Source: Minisyncoccota bacterium
GTDB lineage: Bacteria > Patescibacteriota > Minisyncoccia > Phycocordibacterales > CAIZLB01
NCBI GenBank assembly: GCA_021734945.1
Contig: JAIPIA010000003.1
Coordinates: forward strand, 92,895-156,894
Reading direction: 5' to 3'
DNA length: 64,000 nt
The position numbers and the translations under genes are program-made. How positions within the stretch are numbered: the stretch's first letter is position 1; the number at the start of each line of letters is the position of its first letter. Under the pieces are notes generated by a model, which searched no databases, was not told the origin of the DNA, and saw only the letters and a program-made list of their open reading frames with translations. This document shows positions 51,763 to 61,833 of the stretch, in pieces.

Positions 51763-51826
51763 ATAACTTCTTTGACTAACTTATAACTAACTTACGTATG
51801 TTAACTATCCACTTAATGACTATATA

Positions 51827-51858
51827 TGGTTTGCAAACTATATATAGTCATACTACCC
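51827..51858. repeat. 32-bp near-perfect palindrome GACTATATATGGTTTG|CAAACTATATATAGTC (15 of 16 positions symmetric)
   Basis: Position-by-position complement check. It lies between the winged-helix regulator gene and the surface-protein gene. Confidence 0.6.
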
Positions 51859-52305
51859 ACCAAACTTCATAACTTATCGACACAAAGTTTGGTAGAGTTG
51901 TTGAGAATCATAGGATTGACGGGAAAATGTCTGTATAAAAGAAAAAGGCAGAATAACTGATGTTTAATTGACTGAATTTGATATGAAATTTTCAATGGTC
52001 AAATCGTTCTGGATAGGTCTAAAGTACTAAAGAATTGGTCTTTGTATACACTTAGTAAGTATATAATTGACCTCTATCTCCTAGTACCTCTACTTTGCAT
52101 AATAGCCTTATTTAAGGGCATATATGAAAAATACCGGTCTCTGTACATATACCATGACGGTATATGAAACAATATATTACAAAAAATAGGGGTTCCAGTC
52201 AATTAACTAAATTCTAATTCTACAAAGCAATACAACAGTAGAATAGAATTTTAAAGGACAAATATCGGACAAAATATCCGAAATAAAATGCAAAAATAGA
52301 GACTT

Positions 52306-53196
52306 TTATTGAGACAATGAATACCTACTCCAACGTCGCTCACCTGTCTTTAACAAATCACCTGTTCCAACAAGGGAGATAAGCTCTCTCTGAATAGTTT
52401 TTTCGCTACAACCTTTAATAACTTCTGTTAAATCTTTTATTGATGATTCTCCTTTGTTCTTAATAGTGTTTAATATAAGAGTCTGCCTTTCGTTTTTTAC
52501 ATCAGAAGTTTCTGGACTAGAATAAGACTTACCCCCTAGATTATTAGATACTATTTTTGAAACAGGATTACTAACTTTCTTATTCTGATCTTCGTCCTTT
52601 TTAAGATTAGTGGTCCTGTCTGAAAATTTTGTATTCTTTACGTTAAAAGACAAAGTTTTATCTACAGGCAAAACATTATCTTGTTTTAAATCATCGACAA
52701 ATGTCCGTGAGTTTTTGTAAGAGGCATCAAGTGTGTCCATTTCAAATAGGTGTGTTGGTATAGCTTGATTTTTATAAGACAGTGTTTTCCAATATGTTTC
52801 AACTTCCTCAATAAATATTTGTACTTGATTGACCATAAGGTTGTAATTTGAAGTGTTTATGGAGTGAGCTGAGACTGCTATATCAGACACAGAAACGAGA
52901 GCCATTGATTTCATTGCGACGTCTCGTGCCAAGTCTTCTGTCTTATTAAAACTTGCAACCAAATCAAGTGTCTTTGAAGACATGTCGAGCGCCAAAGTAC
53001 GAAGCTTTAGTTTTAAGCTGTCATTATCCTGTATATGCTGAGTAAGGAGGAAATAGGCTTTGCAAATTTTCTCAGCTCTACGATAGATATGGATACCTTC
53101 TTTGTCTTTTATAAAACTTGAAACAGCCTCATACACTTGTATGTCTTTCTTTTGGTCATTCATTTGTTCTTGATTGTTTGTTATGTCCTTTTCCAT
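52306..53196 (-). CDS. Hypothetical protein with a C-terminal winged helix-turn-helix (DeoR/Fic-C-like) domain; putative regulator
   Basis: The C-terminus ERQTLILNTIKNKGESSIKDLTEVIKGCSEKTIQRELISLVGTGDLLKTGERRWSRYSL matches the ...TIQRDL..L...G.L...G.GR...Y.L wHTH pattern. The N-terminal 230 aa have no match. Confidence 0.5.
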   Translation of the reverse strand: MEKDITNNQEQMNDQKKDIQVYEAVSSFIKDKEGIHIYRRAEKICKAYFLLTQHIQDNDSLKLKLRTLALDMSSKTLDLVASFNKTEDLARDVAMKSMALVSVSDIAVSAHSINTSNYNLMVNQVQIFIEEVETYWKTLSYKNQAIPTHLFEMDTLDASYKNSRTFVDDLKQDNVLPVDKTLSFNVKNTKFSDRTTNLKKDEDQNKKVSNPVSKIVSNNLGGKSYSSPETSDVKNERQTLILNTIKNKGESSIKDLTEVIKGCSEKTIQRELISLVGTGDLLKTGERRWSRYSLSQ

Positions 53197-53228
53197 TTTT
53201 GTTGAATTTGTGAATCTGACCTTTAGGT

Positions 53229-53255
53229 GACTTTTTGAGACTTTTTACAAAGTCT
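53229..53255. promoter_or_regulatory. Direct repeat GACTTTTT x2 and inverted repeat AGACTTT-ttac-AAAGTCT in the divergent promoter region between the regulator gene and ftsK
   Basis: Read from the sequence at 53229..53236, 53239..53246 and 53238..53255. Confidence 0.3.
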
Positions 53256-53333
53256 TTGATTTCAAACTCATTATATATAAGACAATATTAAATGCAACTT
53301 CAAAGCCAGCTACCCGCGTGATAAAATATTGCC

Positions 53334-55712
53334 ATGAAGAAACGAGACAAGAAAAAGCGAAACGACGAGGAAGAAAGTGAGACAACAAAAAGAATACAGC
53401 TCAAGGAAAGTACACTTAAAAGTGTATGGGGAATAGTACTTTTTGTTCTCTCAATTTTCTTTATATTAGCAGCATACGGAAACGGAGGACCAGTAGGTTT
53501 GTGGACTTTTGGCCATATTAAGACCCTGCTAGGCTATGGGTATTATTTACTACCTACCATTCTCCTTTTATTATCACTTTCATTCTTTGGAGATCAAGAA
53601 AGAAGCTTCCCACTATCAAAAGCACTCGGAGGAGTTCTTTTTGTACTTGCAGGACTAGGCCTATTTCATCTGGTGAGTGCCGAGAGTGGAGGTGTGGTTG
53701 GTAGATTACTAGCAACACCACTATTAGGTCTCTTTGATTACACCATCTCATTTATTAGTCTTTTAGCATTACTTATAATCTCAGTACTCATTATTTATGA
53801 CGCTGCTCTACGAGCTGAACACCTTATGTTCTGGAAGAAACTTCAGGCGACAAAAAAAGGGGCTTTGGAGGATGGAGAATTACTCGAAGATGCTGAGCAG
53901 GCAAAGATTGATGAAGCTACAAATAAGGCTAACCTAAAGGTTGGAAATAAAGGACAATCAATGTCTGATATAAAAGACAAGGGGTCAGATGAGCCTAATG
54001 AAGGTGCAGAGTCTAAAGGACAAGGTTCTGTTCTCGCGAACATTAAAAACAAACTGAGTAAGGGAAATGAAGCGGCACCTACTGATGAAATGATTCCCTC
54101 TCTCAGAAAGCCACTATTACTCGGAAAAGCTTTCGTTCCCCCTCCACTTTCACTACTTGAAAATGATCGTGGAAAACCTGGTGTTGGTGACATTAAAGCT
54201 AATGCAAATATTATTAAGAGAACTCTACAGAACTTCGGTATTGATGTTGAAATGGATGAGGTTTCAATCGGACCATCAGTAACTCGGTATGCGCTCAAAC
54301 CAGCAGAAGGTGTGAAGCTTTCAAAAATTCTTGGTCTTCAAAACAATCTCTCTCTTGCTCTTGCTGCTCACCCTATTCGTATAGAAGCACCTATTCCTGG
54401 TAAGTCACTTGTTGGTATTGAAATTCCAAACACAATCAAAACTACTGTAGGTCTCGGATCAATGCTTGCTCAAGAAGAATTTGTTAAATCAGAAAAACCA
54501 CTCATGGTTGCTCTTGGAAAAGGAATTTCAGGAAAATCTTATTTTGGGAACCTCGCAAAAATGCCACACCTTTTGATTGCTGGTGCAACTGGATCAGGAA
54601 AATCTGTAACAATTCAAGCTATAATCACTTCCCTACTCTATCGTAACTCTGCTGAAAATTTGCGAATGATTATGATTGACCCAAAACGAGTAGAACTTAC
54701 TCTTTGGAATAAAATTCCACATCTTCTCACTCCAGTTATTACAGACGCAAAGAAAGCTATACTTGCACTTAAATGGGCAGCAAAAGAAATGGACAGACGA
54801 TATAATGTACTTGAGAAACATACAGTTCGAGACATAGATTCATATCACAAAAATGTAGTTAGTCCTGCACTTGAAGCTCGAAAGAAAGATGGATTCATCG
54901 CAGGTGAAGAAGAGACTATTGATCCAATGCCATATATAGTAGTGATCATTGATGAGCTTGCAGATATTATGCAGACATACCCACGAGAACTTGAAGCGGG
55001 TATTGTGCGACTTGCTCAAATGTCACGAGCTGTAGGTATTCACCTTATTCTTTCAACTCAACGACCTTCAGTTAATGTAATTACAGGTCTTATCAAAGCC
55101 AACGTCCCTGCTCGTATTGCCCTTCAAGTAGCGTCGCAGATCGACTCACGAACTATTCTCGACATGCGTGGAGCTGAAGAACTACTAGGTGCTGGAGACA
55201 TGCTCTACCTTGGAAGTGAAATGCCAAACCCTCAGCGAGTACAGTCAGCATATGTATCAGAAACTGAACTCAAGAAAGTTGTTAATTATCTTATCGATAA
55301 TATGGATGCACTCCCTTCTGAGATCAGCATATCTGGTGAAAGTGTTACAAGTGGACCAAGTGCAGGAGGAGGCTTTGTAGACCCTATCTTTAGTTCAGCA
55401 ACTGGAGGAAGCAGTTTCGGTGATACAGGTTTTGGAGATGACGAAGAAGATGACGATGACCTCTATGAAGACGCTAAGCAGACTGTTATTGAAGCAGGTA
55501 AAGCCTCAACATCATATATACAAAGAAAACTTCGAGTTGGTTATGCTCGAGCAGCTCGACTTATGGATATTCTAGAATCACGAGGAGTGATTGGCCCTGC
55601 AGACGGCGCAAAACCTAGAGAAATCTTGGTAGGTAAGGAAAATAGTGGGAATGAATCTGGTTCAGACAATAATGAGGAACAAGAAGAAACCGCTGCTGAA
55701 ATGAATCTTTAG
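53334..55712 (+). CDS. ftsK: DNA translocase FtsK/SpoIIIE
   Basis: N-terminal TM helices, an acidic/Pro linker, the motor domain GATGSGKSV (Walker A) ... IVVIIDELAD (Walker B), and a gamma-domain YIQRKLRVGYARAARLMDILESRGVIGP. Confidence 0.9.
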   Translation: MKKRDKKKRNDEEESETTKRIQLKESTLKSVWGIVLFVLSIFFILAAYGNGGPVGLWTFGHIKTLLGYGYYLLPTILLLLSLSFFGDQERSFPLSKALGGVLFVLAGLGLFHLVSAESGGVVGRLLATPLLGLFDYTISFISLLALLIISVLIIYDAALRAEHLMFWKKLQATKKGALEDGELLEDAEQAKIDEATNKANLKVGNKGQSMSDIKDKGSDEPNEGAESKGQGSVLANIKNKLSKGNEAAPTDEMIPSLRKPLLLGKAFVPPPLSLLENDRGKPGVGDIKANANIIKRTLQNFGIDVEMDEVSIGPSVTRYALKPAEGVKLSKILGLQNNLSLALAAHPIRIEAPIPGKSLVGIEIPNTIKTTVGLGSMLAQEEFVKSEKPLMVALGKGISGKSYFGNLAKMPHLLIAGATGSGKSVTIQAIITSLLYRNSAENLRMIMIDPKRVELTLWNKIPHLLTPVITDAKKAILALKWAAKEMDRRYNVLEKHTVRDIDSYHKNVVSPALEARKKDGFIAGEEETIDPMPYIVVIIDELADIMQTYPRELEAGIVRLAQMSRAVGIHLILSTQRPSVNVITGLIKANVPARIALQVASQIDSRTILDMRGAEELLGAGDMLYLGSEMPNPQRVQSAYVSETELKKVVNYLIDNMDALPSEISISGESVTSGPSAGGGFVDPIFSSATGGSSFGDTGFGDDEEDDDDLYEDAKQTVIEAGKASTSYIQRKLRVGYARAARLMDILESRGVIGPADGAKPREILVGKENSGNESGSDNNEEQEETAAEMNL

Positions 55713-55746
55713 AGAAAATTGAACGAAAATTTAACACCTACAATAT

Positions 55747-56106
55747 ATGATTAAACCGTACGAAGATGGCAAACTGATAATTAAAACCTTGTTTATAGCC
55801 TTTTTCGTACTTATTATTGTCGGCTATGGAATTTTTCAATCAAAAAAGATAATAAGCGGACCTAAAATAGTCATTAGTTCCCCTATCACTGGGCAAACTC
55901 TCAATAAAAGTGACATAGACATCACTGGAGTAGCGACAAACATATCAGCTATTTCATTGAACGATCGGCCTATCTTCATAGATGAGTCAGGAAAATTTAG
56001 TGAAAAATTGATGCTATACCCAGGGTATAATATAATAAAGCTTAGAGCAGAGGATAAGTTCGGTTCAAAAGTAGAAAAAGATTTAGAGTTAGTTTATCAG
56101 ATATAA
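55747..56106 (+). CDS. Small membrane-anchored hypothetical protein (119 aa)
   Basis: A single N-terminal TM helix LIIKTLFIAFFVLIIVGYGIF, co-directional with ftsK. Confidence 0.4.
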   Translation: MIKPYEDGKLIIKTLFIAFFVLIIVGYGIFQSKKIISGPKIVISSPITGQTLNKSDIDITGVATNISAISLNDRPIFIDESGKFSEKLMLYPGYNIIKLRAEDKFGSKVEKDLELVYQI

Positions 56107-56194
56107 TTCAGAGAATAGCGCCGCGTCAAAATGACGGTTGGGCTTGTGCCCAGCACGAACTTGAGGTTCGCATAATTTCGCAAAATCAAATCAC

Positions 56195-57349
56195 ATGGCA
56201 AAATTTACAAAAAAACCAGCAAACAGCAAGAATAAAAATTCAAAACAAGCAGCACCTAAAACAACTGACCAGTCAGAAAAAATAGCAGAAAATTTAGAGG
56301 TAAATGAAGAGACAAACCTTGAAGAAGAAACTCTATCGTCGTCTTCAAAAACAAAGAAAAGCGACGCAATGGCTTCATCTATAAAAGATACTCTTGCCGA
56401 AATCAAAACAAAGTTCGGTGAGGATTCTATTATGAAACTTGGAGACAAACCAAAAGTAAATGTTAATGTTATTCCTACTGGATCAATAGGTCTTGATGCA
56501 GCGCTTGGTGTAGGAGGTATGCCACGAGGAAGAATCATCGAAATATTCGGGCCTGAGTCATCAGGTAAGACTACCCTCTCACTCCATGTTATCGCTGAAG
56601 CACAAAAGATGGGTGGTGTATGTGCGTTCATCGACGCAGAACACGCAATGGACCCAGAGTATTCAAAACGACTTGGTGTAAAGATTGATGAACTTCTTAT
56701 TTCACAACCTGATCACGGAGAACAAGCTTTAGAGATCGTAGAAAGCCTCGTGCGTTCTGGAAAAATAGATGTGATTGTTATTGACTCAGTTGCTGCCCTT
56801 ACTCCAAAGGATGAAATCGAGGGAGATATGGGAGCGCACCACGTAGGTAAACAAGCTCGACTTATGTCACAAGCTCTCCGAAAGTTAACAAGTATCGTAG
56901 CTAAGTCTAAAACTGTAGTTATTTTTATAAACCAAATTCGAATGCAAATTGGTGTTATGTTCGGTAACCCAGAAACAACTCCCGGAGGAAAGGCTCTCAA
57001 GTTTTATACATCCGTCCGACTCGATATTCGACGAATTGCCCAGATTAAAAAAGGTGAAGAAATTATGGGAGGCAGAGTTCGAGTGAAAGTTGTAAAAAAC
57101 AAAGTTGCTGCTCCATTCAAACAAACAGAGTTTGACCTTATGTACAACGAAGGTATTTCACGAGAAGGTGAAATGATTGCCCTCGGCGAAAAAATGGGAA
57201 TCATTACTAAAAGTGGTACAAGTTACTCATATGGAGAAGAGAAGCTCGGACGAGGATATGATGCAACTCGTCAGTTCCTACGAGACAACAAACCAACAGC
57301 TGATAAGATTATGAAAGAGATTCGAGTGAAACTTAAGGAGCTCGAATAA
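56195..57349 (+). CDS. recA: Recombinase RecA. The core probably starts at the internal Met at 56369; the upstream 58 codons are a K/E/S-rich extension
   Basis: [10 protein letters not shown] (Walker A), VVIDSVAAL, and the L2 loop [25 protein letters not shown]. Confidence 0.9.
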   Translation: MAKFTKKPANSKNKNSKQAAPKTTDQSEKIAENLEVNEETNLEEETLSSSSKTKKSDAMASSIKDTLAEIKTKFGEDSIMKLGDKPKVNVNVIPTGSIGLDAALGVGGMPRGRIIEIFGPESSGKTTLSLHVIAEAQKMGGVCAFIDAEHAMDPEYSKRLGVKIDELLISQPDHGEQALEIVESLVRSGKIDVIVIDSVAALTPKDEIEGDMGAHHVGKQARLMSQALRKLTSIVAKSKTVVIFINQIRMQIGVMFGNPETTPGGKALKFYTSVRLDIRRIAQIKKGEEIMGGRVRVKVVKNKVAAPFKQTEFDLMYNEGISREGEMIALGEKMGIITKSGTSYSYGEEKLGRGYDATRQFLRDNKPTADKIMKEIRVKLKELE

Positions 57350-57467
57350 AACTCTGACGATAGGAAAAGAGGTACCAAAACAAAAAACCGTATCACTCAA
57401 AAAGGTGCGGTTTTTGTTTTTTAGTGAGGTAATAGAATAAGTATGCCACTCGATGAATTTTCTACTT

Positions 57468-57935
57468 TTAAAAAACAGTCGGTTCAGTTTCAAAACTTTC
57501 CACTTTTGAGAAGTCCGCAGAATATCGCATTACACCCTTGAATCTTTCTCCGTCCATTATTCTCTTAAACCATAATTGGTCACCAGCAAGCATTTGGTCA
57601 TAAGGCAATGAAGATAGATTGAATCGTTCTGGAACCCCCATCTCATCGCTTCCCTTTGGCTCTCCTACCCATTCATTTGCAATAAATATGTCACATGAAA
57701 ACTGTGGCTTTTCTCCTGTGTAAAAATCAATACTCGCAGCGAGTTCTATTTTATCAGGATTAATCTGGGCACTGCACTCCTCGTGTGTTTCTCGTATCGC
57801 GCACTGTCTTGATGTTTCTTCTCCATCTACCTTACCCCCATATCCATTATAAAAACCTGCGCCTACCTTACTTTTTTTCTTAGCTAAGATTACTTCCCCG
57901 TTTCGAACTAGGAAACAAATTGTTGCTTTTTTCAT
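57468..57935 (-). CDS. NUDIX hydrolase
   Basis: The Nudix box GGKVDGEETSRQCAIRETHEECS (GX5EX7REUXEEXGU). Confidence 0.75.
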   Translation of the reverse strand: MKKATICFLVRNGEVILAKKKSKVGAGFYNGYGGKVDGEETSRQCAIRETHEECSAQINPDKIELAASIDFYTGEKPQFSCDIFIANEWVGEPKGSDEMGVPERFNLSSLPYDQMLAGDQLWFKRIMDGERFKGVMRYSADFSKVESFETEPTVF

Positions 57936-58573
57936 TTTATTAAATAAATACTACACCCTGAATAGGAACTGTAAAGTTCCACTAAGACTCAATTGATATA
58001 GAATAAAAAACAATAAACGCCCTACAAATGAGGACGTCTTAACTGGAAATTATCAGGGTCAAACAGGAAAGCGAAGCTTGACCGCTACTTTATGCAATTG
58101 TGATTATACATTTCCAGCATCGGATATATATATTGCTAATTTCGCGGTCTCACTTAAGCGATAACCCAGCTGACAAGAGATATTGGCTCTCTCAAAAAAA
58201 GGAACAAATCGCGTTCTCTGTATTTTTGGAAGTATCTCAGCGTTCAGTGAAAAAATCTTGATTCAGGACAAATACTTCATCTAACTGTTTGAGTGCAATA
58301 AAGTCTTTTTGCGTTTGGAAGGCGGATTACTCACCTAGAATAGCTAAATCGACTTAATTAAAAGTATATCTGTATTTTCATAATTACCCAAACTTAAGTC
58401 TCCTTATGTACTGTTCGTACCCAAATCGACCCCACAAGACACACTGGACTTATCCCCCACTTTTGACTAGAATAGCCTTATTATATCGATTAATTAAGTG
58501 CTATCCGGGACTCGCAGAAATGTTCATCATAATGCCTTTCGTCGTCAGCATATAAGCAAAAACAACAAATATC

Positions 58574-59143
58574 ATGTTAGATTACAACGAAATTACAGTA
58601 CGAAAATATATAGTATTCGAAGGTGAACCATATGAAGTTCTCTCTTCTCACGTGTTCCGAAAGCAAATGCGAAAGCCTGTAAACGCAACAAAGCTCAAGA
58701 ACCTCATTTCAGGACGAGTTGTAGAACATTCATTCAGTGCACAGGACAAAGCAGAAGAAGCAGAAATCGACACTCGAAAGGTGAAGTTTTTATTTGAAAA
58801 CCGTGGCGAGTGGATGTTCTGTGAGGAGAATGATCCTAGTAAACGATTTAACATCAAAGCAGAGCTTCTAGGTGCGACTGGTCAGTTTATGAAGCCAAAT
58901 TCACTTGTTGAAGTGCTTTCATTTGATGAGAAACCTTTCAGTGTAAAACTCCCTATTAAAGTAGAACTCAAAGTTACAGATGCTCCACATGCTGTTAAAG
59001 GAGATACTGCAAAAGGTGGCAACAAAGTAATCACACTTGAAACTGGAGCAACTATCACAGCACCTATGTTCGTTGCAGAAGGTGATGTCGTGAGAGTAAA
59101 CACAGAAACTGGCGAGTACGTAGAACGAGTGTCCAACAAATAA
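58574..59143 (+). CDS. efp: Elongation factor P
   Basis: Three-domain EF-P pattern with C-terminal GDTAKGGNKVITLETGATITAP...VNTETGEYVERV. The hairpin tip reads RKQMRKPVNA instead of the canonical KPGKGQA. Confidence 0.85.
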   Translation: MLDYNEITVRKYIVFEGEPYEVLSSHVFRKQMRKPVNATKLKNLISGRVVEHSFSAQDKAEEAEIDTRKVKFLFENRGEWMFCEENDPSKRFNIKAELLGATGQFMKPNSLVEVLSFDEKPFSVKLPIKVELKVTDAPHAVKGDTAKGGNKVITLETGATITAPMFVAEGDVVRVNTETGEYVERVSNK

Positions 59144-59164
59144 ATCTTAGAATTTATTATTTCA

Positions 59165-59204
59165 ACAAAAAAGACCCCCTCTTTCGAGAAGGTCTTTTTT
59201 GTTT
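59165..59204. terminator. Bidirectional intrinsic terminator between efp and rpsR (A6-hairpin-T6)
   Basis: aaaaaagacc-CCCTCTTTCGAGAA-ggtctttttt. Confidence 0.6.
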
Positions 59205-59240
59205 TCACGTATAGTGAGCAAATTGCAACTATGTAAGTAA

Positions 59241-59447
59241 CTAGTTTGCTACGTAAGGAAGGAGTGCCATGAATCGCGCTCGCTTGATTGCAGTAGCTAG
59301 CTGTCGCTGTGACTTAGCTGTAACACCAGATCGCTTTCGTCCGATGATTCGTCCATGAGGGTTGATGAATTTTGAGATAACATCAGTATCCTTATAGTCG
59401 ATATGCTTTATGTTGTTTTGTGAAAAATAACACTGTTTAGTAATCAT
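59241..59447 (-). CDS. rpsR: 30S ribosomal protein S18
   Basis: RKRSGVTAKSQRQLATAIKRARFMALLPYV. Confidence 0.85.
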   Translation of the reverse strand: MITKQCYFSQNNIKHIDYKDTDVISKFINPHGRIIGRKRSGVTAKSQRQLATAIKRARFMALLPYVAN

Positions 59448-59557
59448 TTGTGATTTTGCGAAATCACGTCGAGCGACTGAGTCTGTTGATTCATGTCGTG
59501 TCGAGTCCTTTTAGACACGACCGCTTGGCTCGACGCTTATTCTTTTAAGTTTAGAAA

Positions 59558-60055
59558 CTAGAAAGGAATATCTTCAGGATTGATTTCTTCTTCAGGGTAG
59601 TCTACTGATGGGAATGAATCTGTATCTTCAGATTTACTTGCCGCTTTAGCAGGGGCAGATGATGCAGAGTTGCCGTATGATGGCTTTGAACCTGCTGCAC
59701 CGCCTGAACTACTAGAGGCACCGTCACCAGGTCTGTTTCCAAACTGGATTCGATCTGCAACTACTTCTGTTCGATACTGCTTCTTTCCGTCCTGACCATC
59801 CCATGACCGTGTTTGCATTCGTCCTTCTACAAGTACTGAGCTGCCTTTTTTGAGGTACTGAGCTGCAGTCTCTGCTTGTCGTCCGAATACTACTACGTTG
59901 TGATAATCAGTGCTTTCTTGTTTCGCGCCATTTTGGTCCTTCCAGACACGGTTTGTTGCTACTGAAATACTTGCTACTTGTATACCTGAAGGGAGAGCTT
60001 TCAACTCTGGATCCCTTGTCAAATTTCCGATAATTAATGCTTTGTTTAGATACAT
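59558..60055 (-). CDS. ssb: Single-stranded DNA-binding protein
   Basis: An OB-fold N-terminus, a Gly/Ser-rich linker, and an acidic tail ending EDIPF. Confidence 0.85.
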   Translation of the reverse strand: MYLNKALIIGNLTRDPELKALPSGIQVASISVATNRVWKDQNGAKQESTDYHNVVVFGRQAETAAQYLKKGSSVLVEGRMQTRSWDGQDGKKQYRTEVVADRIQFGNRPGDGASSSSGGAAGSKPSYGNSASSAPAKAASKSEDTDSFPSVDYPEEEINPEDIPF

Positions 60056-60251
60056 GTTTGTATTGTATCAGTTATATACCTTGATCCAAATACTTGACCA
60101 TCACAGCTAAAGTGTGACATCCAGTGCGCCTATGTCGGGGCATAACACCTCTGTCATCTAATCATTCAACTTTGACGAACTAGTATAAAGATTTGCAAAA
60201 CTGATTTTAAAATGAATTTTATAAATCAATAATGCTAAAAGCTTTTTAAGC

Positions 60252-60821
60252 TTATTCTGCGATTGGAGTTTCCTCTATAGAAGTTACAGGAGTTTCATCT
60301 GCTGAGGCAGCTACAGTTTCTACAACTGCATCTACTACAACTTCAGCTTCTGAACTAGCTTCTTTTGATCCACCTTTCTTTGACGCTGCTAAAGTAGCTG
60401 CTGATACGGCTTCTCTACTACCAACGAGAGTATTTTCTCGTACAGTTGTAATGATAATGTATCGTAGGATTGATTCAAACGCTTTTACCTCTTTTTCGAT
60501 TGGTGCAATTTCCTCAGGATTAACTGCGAATTTTACCCATCCGAAAAAAGCAGAAGTGTATCGCTTTTTCGTAGCCTTAACAGTCTTTGAAATCTCGTAG
60601 GCGAGTTTGGTCATTTGAGGTGTCTCCTCAGAAATGAACGTACCCCCTTTCTTTTCAATCAAAGACTTTAGGTGTGAAAACTGAACCACTACCTCGTCTT
60701 CAGAAAGAGTTGGAACAAAATGAAAACCTAGTTCGTAAACTTGGATTCCCTCTTGTCGCTCATGTTGTTCTGTTTTTGTTGACATGGCGTACACATTATC
60801 ACAAGAAATACGTAGGTGCAA
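60252..60821 (-). CDS. rpsF: 30S ribosomal protein S6 with an acidic C-terminal extension; the probable start is at the internal Met at 60785
   Basis: YELGFHFVPTLSEDE ... the rpsF-ssb-rpsR operon order, and an Ala/Glu/Val-rich tail. Confidence 0.8.
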   Translation of the reverse strand: MHLRISCDNVYAMSTKTEQHERQEGIQVYELGFHFVPTLSEDEVVVQFSHLKSLIEKKGGTFISEETPQMTKLAYEISKTVKATKKRYTSAFFGWVKFAVNPEEIAPIEKEVKAFESILRYIIITTVRENTLVGSREAVSAATLAASKKGGSKEASSEAEVVVDAVVETVAASADETPVTSIEETPIAE

Positions 60822-60889
60822 CCTTATACATCACCACTTTAATGCATATATATTGCCAAAATACGGCTCAAATAAAGGGTATATTGAAC

Positions 60890-61828
60890 TTAGAAATCTA
60901 GCTTAAATTGTTCTTTGGCATTCTGTATAAGTGTCTTTCTCACTAATTCTTCATCTATCCCCTTTATGCGAGCAATGGCTTTGACAACCTCTATTACAAA
61001 GACTGGTTCATTACGCTTACCTCTATGTGGTGTAGGTGCGACAAAAGGACAATCTGTCTCAGAAAGCATGTCCTCGAGAGGTACATGGTTTACCAAATCT
61101 TCATATTGCTTGGCAAATGTAATAACCCCTGTGAACGAAACAGTAAACCCTCTATTTAAGAATGCTTGCGCCTCTTCGACAGTTCCAGCGAAGAAGTGAG
61201 CATTCCCTCGCAATTTTGCACCATGAGTAATAAATTCCTCATCAAGAATTTCTAAAATTTTTCCATACGACTCACGAGCATGAATCATAATTGGTTTGTC
61301 ATATTTAACAGCGAGTTGAATTTGTTTTCGGAAAACTGTTTCCTGAATGATAAGGAGATTCGCTCGGTCCTTAGGATTATCGAGATCTGGAGGAAGTTTA
61401 AAGATATCTATACCACACTCTCCTACTCCAACAGTCTTTGGATGTGCAACCAATTTTTCAAATTCGACCTCATCAAAATCTTCACTGTAATCGTGTGAGT
61501 AATGTGCAGAAATTACATCTTGTACAGTGTTCGTATTTTTTGACTCGCCGTCTTTGTTGAGGTTTGAATCAACTGTTTGTTGTTCTGAGTCTGTCTGGTC
61601 TTTATCATACTTAACATGGAGTGGGTGCATTCCAACAATTGCATATACTCCAGATTCATACTGTTCTGCGAGCTTTACAATGTCCCGAGAGGCTTCTAAA
61701 GTTGTTCCAACGTTTATTATAGCCACACCTTCTGCATGAGCACGAGCAATAACCTCAGCTCTATCAGTATCATAATTTGGAAAATTTACATGAGCGTGAC
61801 AATCTATGTGGGTAAATTTGTTTGGCAT
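60890..61828 (-). CDS. tatD: TatD-family metal-dependent hydrolase, with a ~50-aa acidic insertion
   Basis: IDCHAHVNF at the N-terminus, ...GECGID..., and HARES-like blocks. A metG-tatD adjacency is common. Confidence 0.8.
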   Translation of the reverse strand: MPNKFTHIDCHAHVNFPNYDTDRAEVIARAHAEGVAIINVGTTLEASRDIVKLAEQYESGVYAIVGMHPLHVKYDKDQTDSEQQTVDSNLNKDGESKNTNTVQDVISAHYSHDYSEDFDEVEFEKLVAHPKTVGVGECGIDIFKLPPDLDNPKDRANLLIIQETVFRKQIQLAVKYDKPIMIHARESYGKILEILDEEFITHGAKLRGNAHFFAGTVEEAQAFLNRGFTVSFTGVITFAKQYEDLVNHVPLEDMLSETDCPFVAPTPHRGKRNEPVFVIEVVKAIARIKGIDEELVRKTLIQNAKEQFKLDF

Positions 61829-61833
61829 AAATT

